64,000 nucleotides of DNA from Mustelus asterias (GCF_964213995.1 NW_027590151.1:496001-560000); one strand, 5' to 3'; shown: positions 25,988-38,836, counted from the stretch's first letter. Translations and numbers: made by a program. Notes: generated from the sequence alone by a model not told the origin.

Positions 25988-27263
25988 ATTATCGCAGGTA
26001 ATACAGTTTCCACAGAGTGTCGAAAACTCTTAACATTGCAACAAATGACAACACTCAAAAACAGCAACTGGTGTGGTCCCATTGCAGTTATATTTGTCAA
26101 TGATCGTAACTGACATGTGCAATTGAATTAAGATTGACAAATCGATCTGAGATACATCAACGCCTTCTCTTTGGTTTTCGATGCCTTTCCCTGCCTATTT
26201 GTCCCAGACTGTCCTTGTCTGCTGATTTATGGAAATTGTGAACCTTTCCCTTCCCCAACCTTTAACGTAAACATTTAAAGCTTTTTCTGTTACCTCGTAC
26301 ATTCATTGAGAACCTCTCCAATCCAGCTACTCAGCTATTCGGTCCCACTTTCCATCTACATCACTGATGAAGATCCTGCTTTGTATTGGATCATTTACTA
26401 ACCCTGACCTTCCTGGTGCGAGACTGTTGGTCCGCGGTATGGAATGAACATTCAGCTGCCGCTCCTACAGACAGGCAAATTTATATGATTTCCAATGTGA
26501 TAGTGTTATTGAGTTCAATTCCTTGCAGATAAATTCTACTTCTCACCACACTGCCTATGGCAGCCACACCCACAGCTTTCCTGTGTGGTTCTCACTTTGA
26601 CCTGCCTCATCTGTGTTGTTTTATTAGAGATTTTATTGTAGATATTGACCTTTGCTGCTTTTCCCGGTTTGGCACCGATTGGATCAGCAGTCCAATGGCG
26701 TGGCAAGCTATACTTCCACTCTGAAAGAGGATTTCACAGGCGGCAAAGTTACAAATTGAGGGAAGATCGTATGGAAATATCACAGACTCTTCATTATTCT
26801 ATCACTTCTTGTGAAGTACATGTTTCAACTAAAAATTCATCCTCCCCCGCACTGTAGCTGCTATCCCAAACATGATTGATAACAAACTGCTTGACATGTT
26901 GCTGTAGGGATGAACATTGTCATTCTCCATGTCAGAACAGACCCATCAACACTCAGGGGACCGGTCGGTTCATGAAATAACTGTTGAAGAGGAAAATAAT
27001 CCCCTGCCGTGGGATGGCCAACTTCACTTTGTTCCTTCCGTCTCTCCGCCTATGGGGTGAATTGGAGATAAAGGAGCTGTGAGATCATTGGGTGAACTGA
27101 AGAACAAAGGAGCTTGAAGCCGATTGGATGTCATCTGATGATGTTTCCAGCAGTGAACCAATCCACAGGGGCCTGGATATGACTCCGCCTCTTTCAACTC
27201 TTGACTGAAACAATGACATCTCCCACCCGCTCTGGTCAGATCCGCCGCGAGCTCTCTGCAAAC

Positions 27264-28912
27264 ATGTCTCCTGTTACTCGGTATTTATTCCTCACAGCGG
27301 CAGCTCTGTTAACCGGTAATTTCACAAGTTGCTCAAGTCTGTGTTACACATCATTACCACACACTATATTCTGTCAGGCAGTTCCTTCAATGCGAGGGGG
27401 AGGGGGTCGGTGATGAGGGAACGGATTGATCTCAACATCGAAAAGTTACCCGGATTTCGCTGGTCTCATCACTGAACACTGTTGGGATTGGGCACATTTC
27501 CCCCAGGGATTGATAGAGAATGAGTTGGTCTCAGATTCCAGCTCCTCTGATACCAGTGAATCACTTTGGCAAACATCACACTTCAAACAGACCGTGAGCA
27601 GTTTCCAGTTACAGGGACTGAAGTCGAGGAACTGATCTCGTTAGAAAGAACAATGTTTATCGTGGAAGTTTTATTGAATCGCCACAAAAACTTCCCAATC
27701 CAGCCGCTGAACCTTCTCTCTCAGATTATTTTTGCCGATAACGGGCGAATTCTGGGGGAAACGGAGTCAAGTCACAATGTTTAATTTAATATTTCTTTGG
27801 ACTTTTCCAGGACATTCCCGAGGAGATTCTGTTTCACAGACAGCGGCTGCAGTCACCGTCACTGAAGGAAATGATGTTAGGTTGCTCTGTAATTACACAA
27901 GTACAAGCAGCGACCTTTATCTATTCTGGTACCGTCAGTATCCCAGCGGATCATAAGACCATAAGACCATAAGACATAGGAGCGGAAGTAAGGCCATTCG
28001 GCCCATCGAGTCCACTCCACCATTCAATCATGGTTGATTTCAACTCCATTTACCCGCTCTCTCCCCATAGCCCTTAATTCCTCGAGAAATCAAGAATTTA
28101 TCAATTTCTGTCTTGAAGACGCTCAACGTCTCGGCCTCCACAGCCCTCTGTGGCAATGAATTCCACAGACCCACCACTCTCTGGCTGAAGAAATTTCTCC
28201 TCATCTCTGTTCTAAAGTGACTCCCTTTTATTCTAAGGCTGTGCCCCCGCGTCCTAGTCTCCCCTGTTAATGGAAACAATTTCCCTACGTCCATCCTATC
28301 TAAGCCGTTCATTATCTTGTAAGTTTCTATCAGATCTCCCCTCAACCTCCTAAACTCCAATGAATATAATCCCACGATCCTCAGACGTTCATCGTATGTC
28401 AGGCCTACCATTCCTGGGATCATCCGTGTGAATCTCCGCTGGACCCGCTCCAGTGCCAGTATGTCCTTCCTGAGGTGTGGGGCCCAAAATTGCTCACAGT
28501 ACTCCAAATGGGGCCTAACCAGTGCTTTATAAAGCCTCAGAAGTACATCCCTGCTTTTGTATTCCAAGCCTCTTGAGATAAATGACAACATTACATTTGC
28601 TTTCTTAATTACGGACTCAACCTGCAAGTTTACCTTTAGAGAATCCTGGACTAGGACTCCCAAGTCCCTTTGCACTTTAGCATTATGAATTTTGTCACCG
28701 TTTAGAAAATCCATGAAGTATCTTCTGCACACAAATAAATACACCGGGAACACAGGGAGATCCAAAGGGGACCGTTTTTCAGCGGAACTCAATGATACAA
28801 CCCGCACAGTCCCGCTGAAAGTGTCTAAAACAGAGCTGACAGACTCCGGGGTTTATTACTGCGCACTGAGTCCCACAGAGACACAGAGCTGGGCTGAACC
28901 TGCACAAAAACT
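27264..28912 (+). pseudogene. TCR V segment disrupted by a CR1 insertion (leader 27264-27315; V exon 27811-27952 and 28712-28873)
   Basis: Leader MSPVTRYLFLTAAALLT; V halves GHSRGDSVSQ...FWYRQYPSGS and MKYLL...VYYCALSP are otherwise open; intact RSS CACAGAG (28874-28880), 23 nt, ACAAAAACT (28904-28912). Confidence 0.93.
27953..28708 (-). mobile_element. Young 5'-truncated CR1 LINE inserted in a V exon
   Basis: Open RT C-terminal ORF; (cataagac)n tail; short ATC duplication/microhomology at the junctions. Confidence 0.95.
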
Positions 28913-29109
28913 GCCAAAGCCTCACTCAACACAACAGAGCGTTAGGCAAACATTGTGATCAGAGTGAGTCTGATCTGGAACCTGAAATCGTGTTGTTATC
29001 TCAAACTTTTAATTCTAATATATATATATATATGTATTAATAATAAATATATTACCAAACTAAAACAATGGGGGCAGCTTAGGGAATGAACATTTCACTA
29101 TTTGTACAG

Positions 29110-29390
29110 TTTGATGTCCCAAAGTGTTTCCCTGTCACTGTGGAAAACACAGCAGCCAATTTGGACTCAGTGTGACATTTCATTCAGTAATATTGTAGTG
29201 TTCTCTCTGTTTCAGTAATTGTGATTGGTGAACAGATATCAAACAGGACATTTCTCTGCTCTTCTTGGAAACAGTGACCATGTGATGTGTCACCTCCAAC
29301 TGAGAGGGAACACGGTGCCCCCGATTGAACAGGTCACCGAGTGGCTGGCAGCTCTGAAGGTGCAGCGTTCCCTGAGCACGGCACTGTCCC
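29110..29390 (-). mobile_element. Old DeuSINE (SacSINE1/AmnSINE1-like) relic
   Basis: Minus strand cagtgccgtgctcagggaacgctgcac...ccctctcag...ttccaagaagagcag...aaattggctgctg resembles the Deu domain as I recall it. Confidence 0.6.
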
Positions 29391-29939
29391 CTCGGTAAGT
29401 TCCCGGATTCTTATTCCTGCCAGACTGCCTGTGTCCTCTGGAGCGGAAAGAATATCTGAACCGACTGGAGACAGAATCCGGGAAATCCTAGGAAGTGGTG
29501 GCCACTCATTAATCCAATCCGGGAAAGAAACGGATTTAAATTTAAAAAATGAAATTAAAAATAAACTTTTCTGGCCGTGGAAATATGAAGACAATGAATT
29601 TAATCTCCAGAAAGAAATTTCAGTCGAAAACAGCAGTAAAGATTTTTATTGATGCCTTTTACAGACTTCCGATGTCCAAAAGCACTTTCTAACCCAAGGA
29701 AGCTCATTTCCAGTGTCGTGCTGTGGTGATGTTAGAAACTTTATTAACACAGAATACAGTGGGAATGTTTAATTCTCTGTCAGACAGGGTTGCCACACTG
29801 ATCCTGGAGTAAAGAGATTGCGGAGTCCAGGTATTTGAAGGTTACTTTGAACTCTCTCACACACAAGGACACACGCACACACTCTCCCTCTGTCTCTCGA
29901 TGCAAAATCTCTGTCAGAGAGTGTGGCAAAACCTGTGCA

Positions 29940-30251
29940 AAATCTCACTAACTGTCCTGTCTGGAGACAATACACATCTGTTTAACCTGTGCTTAATGCT
30001 CCCTCCACTCACATTGTCTGTACCTTTAAGACTTGATTAGCTGTAAAGACTCACATTCCAATCATTATTCATGTAAATTGAGTTTGTGTCTTTGTGCACT
30101 GTTTGTGATCAGAACTCCCACCCACCTGACGAAGGGGCAGCGCTCCGAAAGCTCGTGGTTTTTGCTACCAAATAAACCTGTTGAACTTTAACCTGGTGTT
30201 GTTAGACTTCTTACTGTGTTTACCCCAGTCCAACGCCGGCATCTCCACATC
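29940..30251 (+). mobile_element. Penelope-like element terminal repeat fragment
   Basis: Contains a hammerhead followed by gctaccaaataaacctgttg...ccagtccaacgccggcatctccacatc, a block recurring near 43.0, 48.4, 49.6, 50.8 and 57.9 kb. Confidence 0.7.
30122..30158 (+). ncRNA. Minimal type-I hammerhead ribozyme motif with intact core
   Basis: ccac-CTGACGA-a-ggggc(agc)gctcc-GAAA-gCTC-gtgg; palindromic AGCT stem III; predicted cleavage after C30154. Confidence 0.78.
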
Positions 30252-31229
30252 TTGTCTAGGTCACCAGAGGAACAGATTGCGAAATCATGAGACATATCTT
30301 TATGGCGCAATGCATGCAGTTAACCTCCAAATCTACTTCAGAGCAGCGGTAATGCAAGCTCCCAGATGTAGAGATCATGTAGCCAAAAATTACTGTTATA
30401 TCATCTTCCAGGGCCGTTAACTGAGATTGCGCCAGCAATTCCTAGAACCAAACATTGGATGTGTCAAAGTCTGCTGTAGTTATGAATACTTGGATTGCTC
30501 AATAATAATTTCAACACAGACTCACCTCGTTAAAAAGGCTGTATTATCCGACAGTACCACGCACCACTTCCTGAATCAGTCGCTAATCAGCCATGCTAAA
30601 CTCTCCCTCAGTGTACCCGAACAGGCGCCGGAGTGTGGCAACGAGGGGATTTCCACAGTAACTTCACTGCAGTGTTTATATAAGCTTACTTGCTACACTA
30701 ATGAATAGACTGAAGCACTGAACTTCTGATCTAACCAATGACAGAAATCGACCAGCGGCAGCAATGTCTCGAAAAGCACAATGGTGTTAGAATGAAAAGC
30801 AGCAACCGGAAACTGTGGCCGGGGTCACCGCAGACTCAAAGCTGATGGAAGTGCGGAGTTCTCAGCGGCAGTCGCAGGTGATGGAGAGGAAACAGCGACA
30901 GCTGAACCTGCAGCAGTCTGTGACTAGCCTGCATCTGCTGACTGCTCAAGTGACTGAGAAAAAATAGTGACGGACGGGCGCGAATGGATCAGAAACAATT
31001 GACTCTCCCTGTGGCTCAATGAAAGATCTTTCCCAATTGCTCTTCTCACCCCGCATTCCACGAGTTGTTTTCCGTTCTCAAGGTCTGGCAATGCCTTTTT
31101 GAAATTTACTATTGAATGCTCTTCCTTTATAGTTTGTGGCGCTCTACTCCAGATGGTAACAAGTGGCAGTGCAATGAATAACATTTATCGATCCCTGTCC
31201 ACTTTTCTGTGAAAATGGGATGACTTGGT

Positions 31230-31620
31230 CGTTTATTTATCGAACAGGTGCATTGCTGTCTTTGTTCGTTCAAGTCAACAGCGAACCGGTCCGAGAGACC
31301 TTGGGACCTATCTCAATGTCTGGCCCTCTACCACTTCATTAAATATCCCATAACTTACCCGGAATACTGCTCTGTCTAGATAGGTACAGAAAGCTTTCAG
31401 ATATGGAGTGACTGTCCCTTAGCACTCCTGACTGGTCTTTCAGAGCGTTCAACTCCGATGGAGTCTGGGAAACTCAATGTCTGTCACTCGTCCCTGCAGC
31501 CGAACTTAGAATGTGTCACAGACTGGAATGGGATTTATCACAGGAAATAGACAAGGATCCTTTTAATATTGACTCACCGAATACCACGATTATTCCAATT
31601 TGGAAGCACCATGGAACATG
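31230..31620 (-). pseudogene. Heavily degenerate, 3'-truncated TCR V pseudogene
   Basis: Leader-like PWCFQIGIIVVF with G|GTGAGT (ends 31578); ctgcAG acceptor (exon from 31493); residual VSQTPSELNALKDQS and GLSDRFAVDLNE; no RSS found. Confidence 0.65.
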
Positions 31621-32016
31621 CGCTGCCCGGATGACATTTCCACAGAAAATAATCCAATTTAAATGTATTTTATCCGTTCTGTTTTGATTTTAAAGAGTAA
31701 ACCCAAATCGGCAACAGATCTCACTGGCCGTGGGGAAGATGTTTCCGTTAGTAGGTGAATCTCGGATCCGAGATCACAACCTCGGAATAAAGGGACGGCC
31801 CTTTAGAATCGAGATGAGAGCAATTTCCTCAGCCAGAGGGTGGTGAATGTGTGGAATTCATTGCCACAGAAGGCTGTGGAGGCCGGGTCATTGGGTGTAT
31901 TTAAGACAGAGATAGATACGTTCTTGATTGGTAAGGGGATCAAAGGTTACTGGGAAAAGGGGAGAAGAATGGAGATGAGAAATTTTGCAGCACGACTGAA
32001 TGGCGGAGCGGACACG

Positions 32017-32224
32017 ACCCCCTCCCCCCCACTCCCCCCATCCTCCCCCCCACTCCACCCCTCCCCCCCACTCCCCCTCTCCCCCTACCCCTCCTCCCCC
32101 CCACTCCACCCCCCTCCCTCCACTCCCCCTCTCCCCCCACTCCCCCCACTCCCCCTCCCCCCCACTCCCCCTCCCCCCCACTCCCCCTTCCCCCCTCACT
32201 CCCCCCCCCCACTCCCCCCCCCCC
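32017..32224. repeat. C-rich low-complexity tract (G-runs on the minus strand)
   Basis: Reiterated C4-C10 runs separated by a/t/ct. Confidence 0.9.
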
Positions 32225-33211
32225 ACACTTCTCTTTCAGGGCAACTGCCTTAACCACCTTTACCTCTGCTCTGCTATTCTGATCGCTTAATGGACATTTT
32301 TAGTATCTCTCTCAGCCATCTTTATCGTTATTTGCATTCCCTTTGTCCAATTACAGCATCCCCCTTCCACCCTCATAATTTAAATCTTTTCTGCTTTTCT
32401 TTGCTCTTAGCTCTGACGAAGGGTCATCCAGACTTGAATCGTTGGCTAGTTACTCAATATTTGTTTTGTTATTCGATATTAAATATGAATACATGTATTT
32501 AATACATACATCTTCATTCTGAGTTGAATATCTCGGGAATATGCAACATTGAATTGCAAACATGACTGACCAATAAAAGAAATCGAGTCACTGGGTAATA
32601 CACATCCCATGGTGCTTATTTGAGACAGTCAGCTTTTAAACAATATCAAATATCTTTAAAGGGAAAAGATTTAATAATGATTTGCTAGTTATACTTGATC
32701 CCTCTTTATTCTGCATGTGAAACATTCTGGCGCCGAGCTCCCGTTCATCTGTAGAAAAGTCCAGCAGATCTACACTGAGTTTCGATTTACTCATCTGCCT
32801 GAGTGATTTTTTTCCCATTTCTTTATTATGAAGAACAATTTTAAAAATATGCTTCCGGGAAATGTGCGCCATTTCCTCCAGTTCAGTTAGTTTCACTTGT
32901 GTCTGTCTTTATGAGCACACACTACTATTACACATGTTTCAGATGATGATTAACTATGTTAGTCTGCATTTATAAATCCAATATATTATGTTATGGACTG
33001 AACAAGTTGCTAATGTGCGCACGGTGTCAAAGTACAAACATTTATTTCCTCATTGCGTCTTAAAATACAGCATTTCTGCTGTTGCTGAGAGCATTTGTGG
33101 CCGAGGTCAGAGCAAAGATAACATGGTTACAACATCGAGATTCGGATAATGTTCAGCAACAACTGAAACCATGGAAAACTTCCCTCATACTAAATGAATA
33201 ATTTCAATAAA

Positions 33212-33284
33212 AGTTTCTGCCCGGTTTCGAACCGGGGACCTTTCGCGTGTGAGGCGAACGTGATAACCACTACACTACAGAAAC
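33212..33284 (-). tRNA. tRNA-Val(CAC)
   Basis: GTTTCTGTAGTGTAGTGGTTATCACGTTCGCCTCACACGCGAAAGGTCCCCGGTTCGAAACCGGGCAGAAAC: full cloverleaf and intact A/B boxes, followed by TTTT; discriminator is T rather than A. Confidence 0.9.
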
Positions 33285-34313
33285 AACTGACAGCATAGCG
33301 CCGCCAATTGGCCTGACCACAATGTTCAACTCCACTGTGTTGCTGCAGGTTCGAATGGTTATACTGAGAGCCCATGTCACTGACTACAAGACAAAAACCG
33401 TTTCTTTCAACCTGATTTCTCAACTTATCTTGAACTTCAACATTTATAAGCGGTCGTCCGGCAAATATCTAAGGGAGCAATGATTTCTGCTCAATTATTA
33501 ATGCATCATTCTCATCTTCCTTTGAATAATTTCAACCAGTTCTCCCCAATATTTGTTCGCTGTTCAATGTTTAATATTAATATATTTTTATTAATTACCT
33601 ATCTCCTCATTCTGAATGAAATATCTCCGAAATATACAACATTGAATTGCAAACATGACTGACCAACAAAAGGAATCGAGTCTCTGGGTAATACACATGT
33701 CACGGTGCTTCATTGAGATTGACCACAATCAGCTTTGAAACAAAATCAAATATCTTCAAAGGGAATAGATTTAAGAATGATTTGTTAGATATACTTGATC
33801 CCTCTTCATTCTGTGTGTGAAACACTCAGGCGTCTAAATCCCGTTCAGCTGTAGGAAAGTCCAGTAGATCCGCACTGATTCTCGATTTCCTCAACTGTCT
33901 GAGTGGTTTTCCCTATTTCTTTACTCTGAAGAACGATGTTAAAGTAATGGTTCTGCGCAATGTGCGCATTTCCTCCAGTTCAGTTACAGTTCCACTTGTG
34001 TCTGCCTTTTTAAGCACACAATCCTATTAGACATGGTTCAGATGATGATTAACTTTGTTAGTCTGCATCAACAAAGCCATTCAATTCTGTTGTGGACTGA
34101 ATGAGTTGCTGATATGTCCACGGTGTCAAAACAGGAACATCTATTTCCCCTCATTGCATCATAAAAATACAAGATTTCTGATTTTGCTGAAAGATTTTGA
34201 GGCCGAGGTCAGAGCAAAGATAACATGGCTTTAATATCGAGTTTCGGATAATGTTTAACAACAAATTTCAATCATGTAAACTTCCCTCACCCTTAATGAA
34301 CAAATTTGAATAA

Positions 34314-34386
34314 TATTTCGGCATGGTTTTGAACTAGGGACCTTTCGTGTGTGAGGTGAATGCAACCACCATTACACTACAGAGAC
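34314..34386 (-). pseudogene. tRNA-Val(CAC) pseudogene (duplicate)
   Basis: Collinear with 33212-33284 but D-arm, T-arm and acceptor stem are mismatched. Confidence 0.82.
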
Positions 34387-34471
34387 TGCTGGCGTCCATA
34401 GGACCCAATGGGACTCTCTTGGAATGTTGCAACATTCATTGGGACTGCTGTAGACATATTGATCCAAGAAT

Positions 34472-36312
34472 GATTTTGATTTGATTTGATTTATTATTGT
34501 CACATGTATTAACATCCAGTGAAAAGTATTGTTTCTTGCGCTATACAGACAAAACAAAGAACAAAGAACAGTACAGCACAGGAAACAGGCCCTTCGGCCC
34601 TCCAAGCCTGTGCCGCTCCTTGGTCCAACTAGACCAATCGTTTGTATCCCTCCATTCCCAGGCTGCTCATGTGACTATCCAGGTAAGTCTTAAACGATGT
34701 CAGCGTGCCTGCCTCCACCACCCTACTTGGCAGCGCATTCCAGGCCCCCACCACCCTCTGTGTAAAAAACGTCCCTCTGATGTCTGAGTTATACTTCGCC
34801 CCTCTCAGCTTGAGCCCGTGACCCCTCGTGATCGTCACCTCCGACCTGGGAAAAAGCTTCCCACTGTTCACCCTATCTATACCCTTCATAATCTTGTATA
34901 CCTCTATTAGATCTCCCCTCATTCTCCGTCTTTCCAAGGATCTCCCCTCATTCTCCGTCTTTCCAAGGAAAACATACCGTTCATAGAGAAGGAAATGAGA
35001 GTATGCAGATTGCAGTGTTACAGTCATAGCTAGGGTGTAGAGAAAGATCAATTTAATGCAAGGTAAATCTATTCAAAAGTCAGATGGCAGCAGGGAAGAA
35101 GCTATTCTTGAGTCGGTTGGTACGTGACCTCAGACTTTTGTATCATTTTCCCGAAGGAAGAACGTGAAGGAGAGAATGTCCGGGGTGCATGGGGTCCTTA
35201 ATTATGCTGTCTGCTTTGCCCAGGCACCGGGAAGTGTAGACAGAGTCAATGGATGAGAGGCTGGTTTGTGTGATGGATTGGGCACAATCACGACATTTGT
35301 AGTTCCTTGCAGTCTTGGGCAGAGCAGGAGCCAAAGCAAGCTGTGATACAACCAGAAAGAATGCTTTCTATGGTGCATCTGTAAAAGTTGATGAGAGTCG
35401 TAGTTGACATGCCAAATTTCCTTACTCTTCTGAAGACGTGGAGGTGTTGGTGGGCTTTCTTAACTATAGTGTCGTCATGGGGGGACCAGGACAGATAGTT
35501 GGTGATCTGGAGACCTAAAAACTTGAAGCTCCCGACCCTTTCTACTTCGTCCCCGTTGATGTAGACAGGGACGTGTTCTCCTTTACGCTTCCTGCAGTCG
35601 ATGACAATCTCCTTCATTTAGTTGACTTTGAGGGAGAGATGATTGTTGCTGCACTAGTTCACCAGATTCTTTACCTCATTCCTGTACTCTTTCTCATCAT
35701 TGTTTGAGATCCGACCCACTATGGTGGCATCGTCAGCAAACTTGAAAATCGAATTGGAGGGGAATTTGGCCGCACAGTCATCTACATAGGTATATAAGGA
35801 GTATAGTAGGGGGCTGAGAACACAGCCTTGTGGGGCACCGGTGTTGAGGATGATCGTGGAGGAGGTGTTGTTTCCTATCCTTACAGATTGTGGTTTGTGA
35901 GTTTGGAAGTTCAGGATCCAGTCACAGAGGAGGTGCCGAGGCCCAGGTCACGGAGTTTGGAGATGAGTTTCGTGGGAATAATAGTGTTGAAGTCTGAGCT
36001 ATAGTCAATAAATAGGAGTCTGTCCTTGTTATCTAGGTGATCCAGGGTTGAGTGCAAGGCCACGGAAATGCCGTCTGCTGTGGACCTGTTGCGGCGGTAG
36101 GCAACTGTAGTGGATCCAGGTGGTCCGGGAGGCTGGAATTGATTTATGCCATGACAAACCTTTCGAAGCACTTCATGATGATGGATGTCAGAGCCACCGG
36201 CCGATAGTCATTAAGGCATGCTGCTTGATTTTTCTTAGGTACCGGGATGATGGGCGTCTTCTTGAAGCAGATAGGGACCTCAGATTGTTGTAATGATTGA
36301 AAATGGTTGACA
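34472..36312 (-). mobile_element. Rex1/Babar-type non-LTR retrotransposon fragment, interrupted by CR1
   Basis: IIPVPKK...[54 protein letters not shown]; tail reading (gattt)n on the + strand; related 3' ends near 43280-43690 and 50710-51010. Confidence 0.85.
34555..34968 (-). mobile_element. Young CR1 3' end, near-identical to 8276-8660
   Basis: Same tail and ORF end (...SSLGMEGYKRLV); ~30-bp tandem duplication (atctcccctcattctccgtctttccaagga) at the 5' junction. Confidence 0.92.
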
Positions 36313-36887
36313 ATGGCAGAGAACAATAAGAGGCCCTTCGACCCACCATGCCTATGCCAGTTATTTTATGACCAGTTACCAAACTGACGTGTCGGTGCGG
36401 GCTTGGTGGGCCGAAGGGCCTGTTCCTGTGCTGCACTGTTCTTTGTTCTCATTTCAATATCCTCCTCTCATTCCATGAAGCTGATTTTTCTCCCTTTCAA
36501 GTCATTGTCAAATTCCCATTGGAAGAAGGCGTTTTGTGGAATCCATGTACAGTTTGCTTTAAGTAACAACGTTTCCCTGACACAGTGCCATGAAGTATTG
36601 GATATAGCTTCCCAATATAGTTTTCAATGTAAACATATTTATTTATGCAATTGATTTCATATCGAATTTGCAAAACGAGTTTAATCGGATGAAGCATCTC
36701 CTCATTATTTTGGAATCATATCTAATAGAACTACATTAACTCCACAAATTTCTACAGAGTGTGGAATATAACAGATGAGAATGAATCACCTATACCTGAA
36801 GCAGTCTCCTTGTGTTGTCCCGAACATTCGATCTGACAAGCTCGAGAATGGGTGGGGAATCTGTCTTACCTTCACTGACCTCACATG

Positions 36888-37180
36888 GGGTGACACGGTG
36901 GCACAGTGGCACAGTGCTGCCTCACAGCGCCAGGGACCTGGGTTTGATTCCTGGCTTGGGTCTGTGTGGAGTTTGCACGTTCTTCCTGTGTCTGTGTGGA
37001 TTTGCTCCATTTTCCTCCCACGGTCTGAAAGACTTGCTGGTTAGGTGCATTGCCATGCTAAATTTCTCCCTTAGTGTACCCGAACAGATGGCGGAGTATG
37101 GCGACTAGGGGATTTTCACAGTAACTTCATTGCATTATTAATGTAATCCTACTTGTGACATTAATAAATAAACTTTAAAC
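36888..37180 (+). mobile_element. V-SINE
   Basis: Head, V-domain and aataaataaac tail; another 5'-truncated copy at ~37770-38040. Confidence 0.85.
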
Positions 37181-38313
37181 ATGATATGGACACATCCAGA
37201 ATGTGTTTGGCTGTAAAGATAAATACATTCATTATTGCTTATTCTCCAAAAGTGTCCACTGTTGAGTCATCAATTAATGATCACCATTGATGAGAAATAG
37301 ATTTCTGGCTGTTCCTGTTGTTAAAATGGACAGTTCCATCGCAATGAATATCTAACACGATATTGCCGCACTGACACGACCCCAGGGAATTCCAGTTCAG
37401 AAAGTTACTCTGGAGCTAGTACGCTTTTGAGATTGTCAGTGAGTGCACTTCTCTTGAGTGTGTCAGTGGCTGTGTTAATCTGTTTGTTTATCTTCCTTAG
37501 TGATTGTCTGTGTATCTATGTTTGAGTCGATCAGTTTGAGAATCGATCACTGTGTTTACTTGTCCCTGTGTCTATGCTTTTGTTGATTCTGTGCGGTATA
37601 CGAGGCTTCTAGTGAACACGGAGTTGGAGTTATTCATGTATTTTCATAGTTAGCAACTCAGACTAATGTGTCAGAAATCTACAGAATAATTCTGTATTTA
37701 TAACGAGGGACGTTAGAATTGATGTCAGTGTCTGGGCATATATCTATATAGTTATATATCCTTACACGTGTTGGTGTTTGCACGTGGCCGTGTGTGTATC
37801 TGCTGTCCCCGTGTCTACGTGAGTTTCCTCGGGTGTTCCGGTTTCCTCCCACGGTCCAAAGATTTGCAGGTGAGTTTAATTGTCCATGCTAAATTGACCC
37901 TCGTGTCAGGGGAATTAGCGGAGTAAATGTATGAGGTTACGGGAATAGGGCCTGGGAGGCTTGTGATCGGCACAGACTCGGTGGGCCGAATGGCATTTTT
38001 CTGTACTGTACAAATTCTATGATTCTATGATTCTATTGTCTGGATATGTGTCAAGTCAGTCTTTGGAGGTTGCCGTGTGTGTCCCTGTTTCCAATATGCG
38101 GCATTGCTGTCCACGGGAGGGCGCTCTCTGATCACTTACGAAAAACCACGATTCCCTTCTCGAGGGAGTGACTGTTTGAAGATGTAAAAATGGGCGGAGA
38201 GACGGAGTCACTTTCGACCTCATAACAGTCCACTGACTGTTTCAACTTCTCCATTTCCAGGTCTTATGCAGACAGTGATCACTGCCTCTGTTTCTGGTGT
38301 TCAGACTGGAACC

Positions 38314-38836
38314 ATGGGGGTGAAGCTCTGTCTGTCTCTGGTTATTGTCCTGATCACAGGTCGGTCATTTTGAACCTTTGACTGAAATCCGCCAATCACC
38401 ATATTCATTGCCCATTTCCATTTCTAGGCGATTATTCCGTTGTTGTTACTCCTTCTCACCCGCTGCGTGTCTGTTGTCTATTTTCAGAGATGAGTAACGG
38501 AGACTCAGTGTCCCAGTCAGAACCAGGAGTTGAAGCAGCAGAGGGTGAAGATTCAGCAATACCCTGCAGTTACTCTGTATCGAGTTTAGCTACAGTCTAT
38601 GTCCTGTTCTGGTATCGACAGTATCCACACCGAGCTCCTCAGTATCTGCTCAGACCCGATAGTTATGGGTTTACCGATACGGCTCCCGGCTTTAAATATT
38701 TCAGCGGGAATCTCAGCCAGACATAAAACACTTTTCACTTGTCCATGAAAGATTCCAAGATGAGAGACAGCGCCGTGTATTACTGTGCACTGAGAGCCAC
38801 AGTGAATGAGGCTCCCGCGGGCCTCGTACAAAAACT
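38314..38836 (+). pseudogene. TCR V pseudogene with one nonsense codon (leader 38314-38359, V exon 38488-38797)
   Basis: Leader MGVKLCLSLVIVLIT; EMSNGDSVSQ...IPCSY...FWYRQYP...SQT* (TAA 38724-38726) NTFHLSM...DSAVYYCALR; near-consensus RSS CACAGTG (38798-38804), 23 nt, ACAAAAACT. Confidence 0.93.

Larger units (their letters stand above)
32455..34390. repeat. Diverged tandem duplication, period ~1.1 kb (about 32455-33290 and 33550-34390), each unit ending in a tRNA-Val
   Basis: Collinear matches such as caacattgaattgcaaacatgactgacc, atacttgatccctct and ggccgaggtcagagcaaagataacatgg in both units. Confidence 0.88.

Noticed and set aside
31840-32290. Pro-rich and Gly-rich ORFs (also 22220-22635)
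   Set aside because: Low-complexity C tracts; no gene structure.
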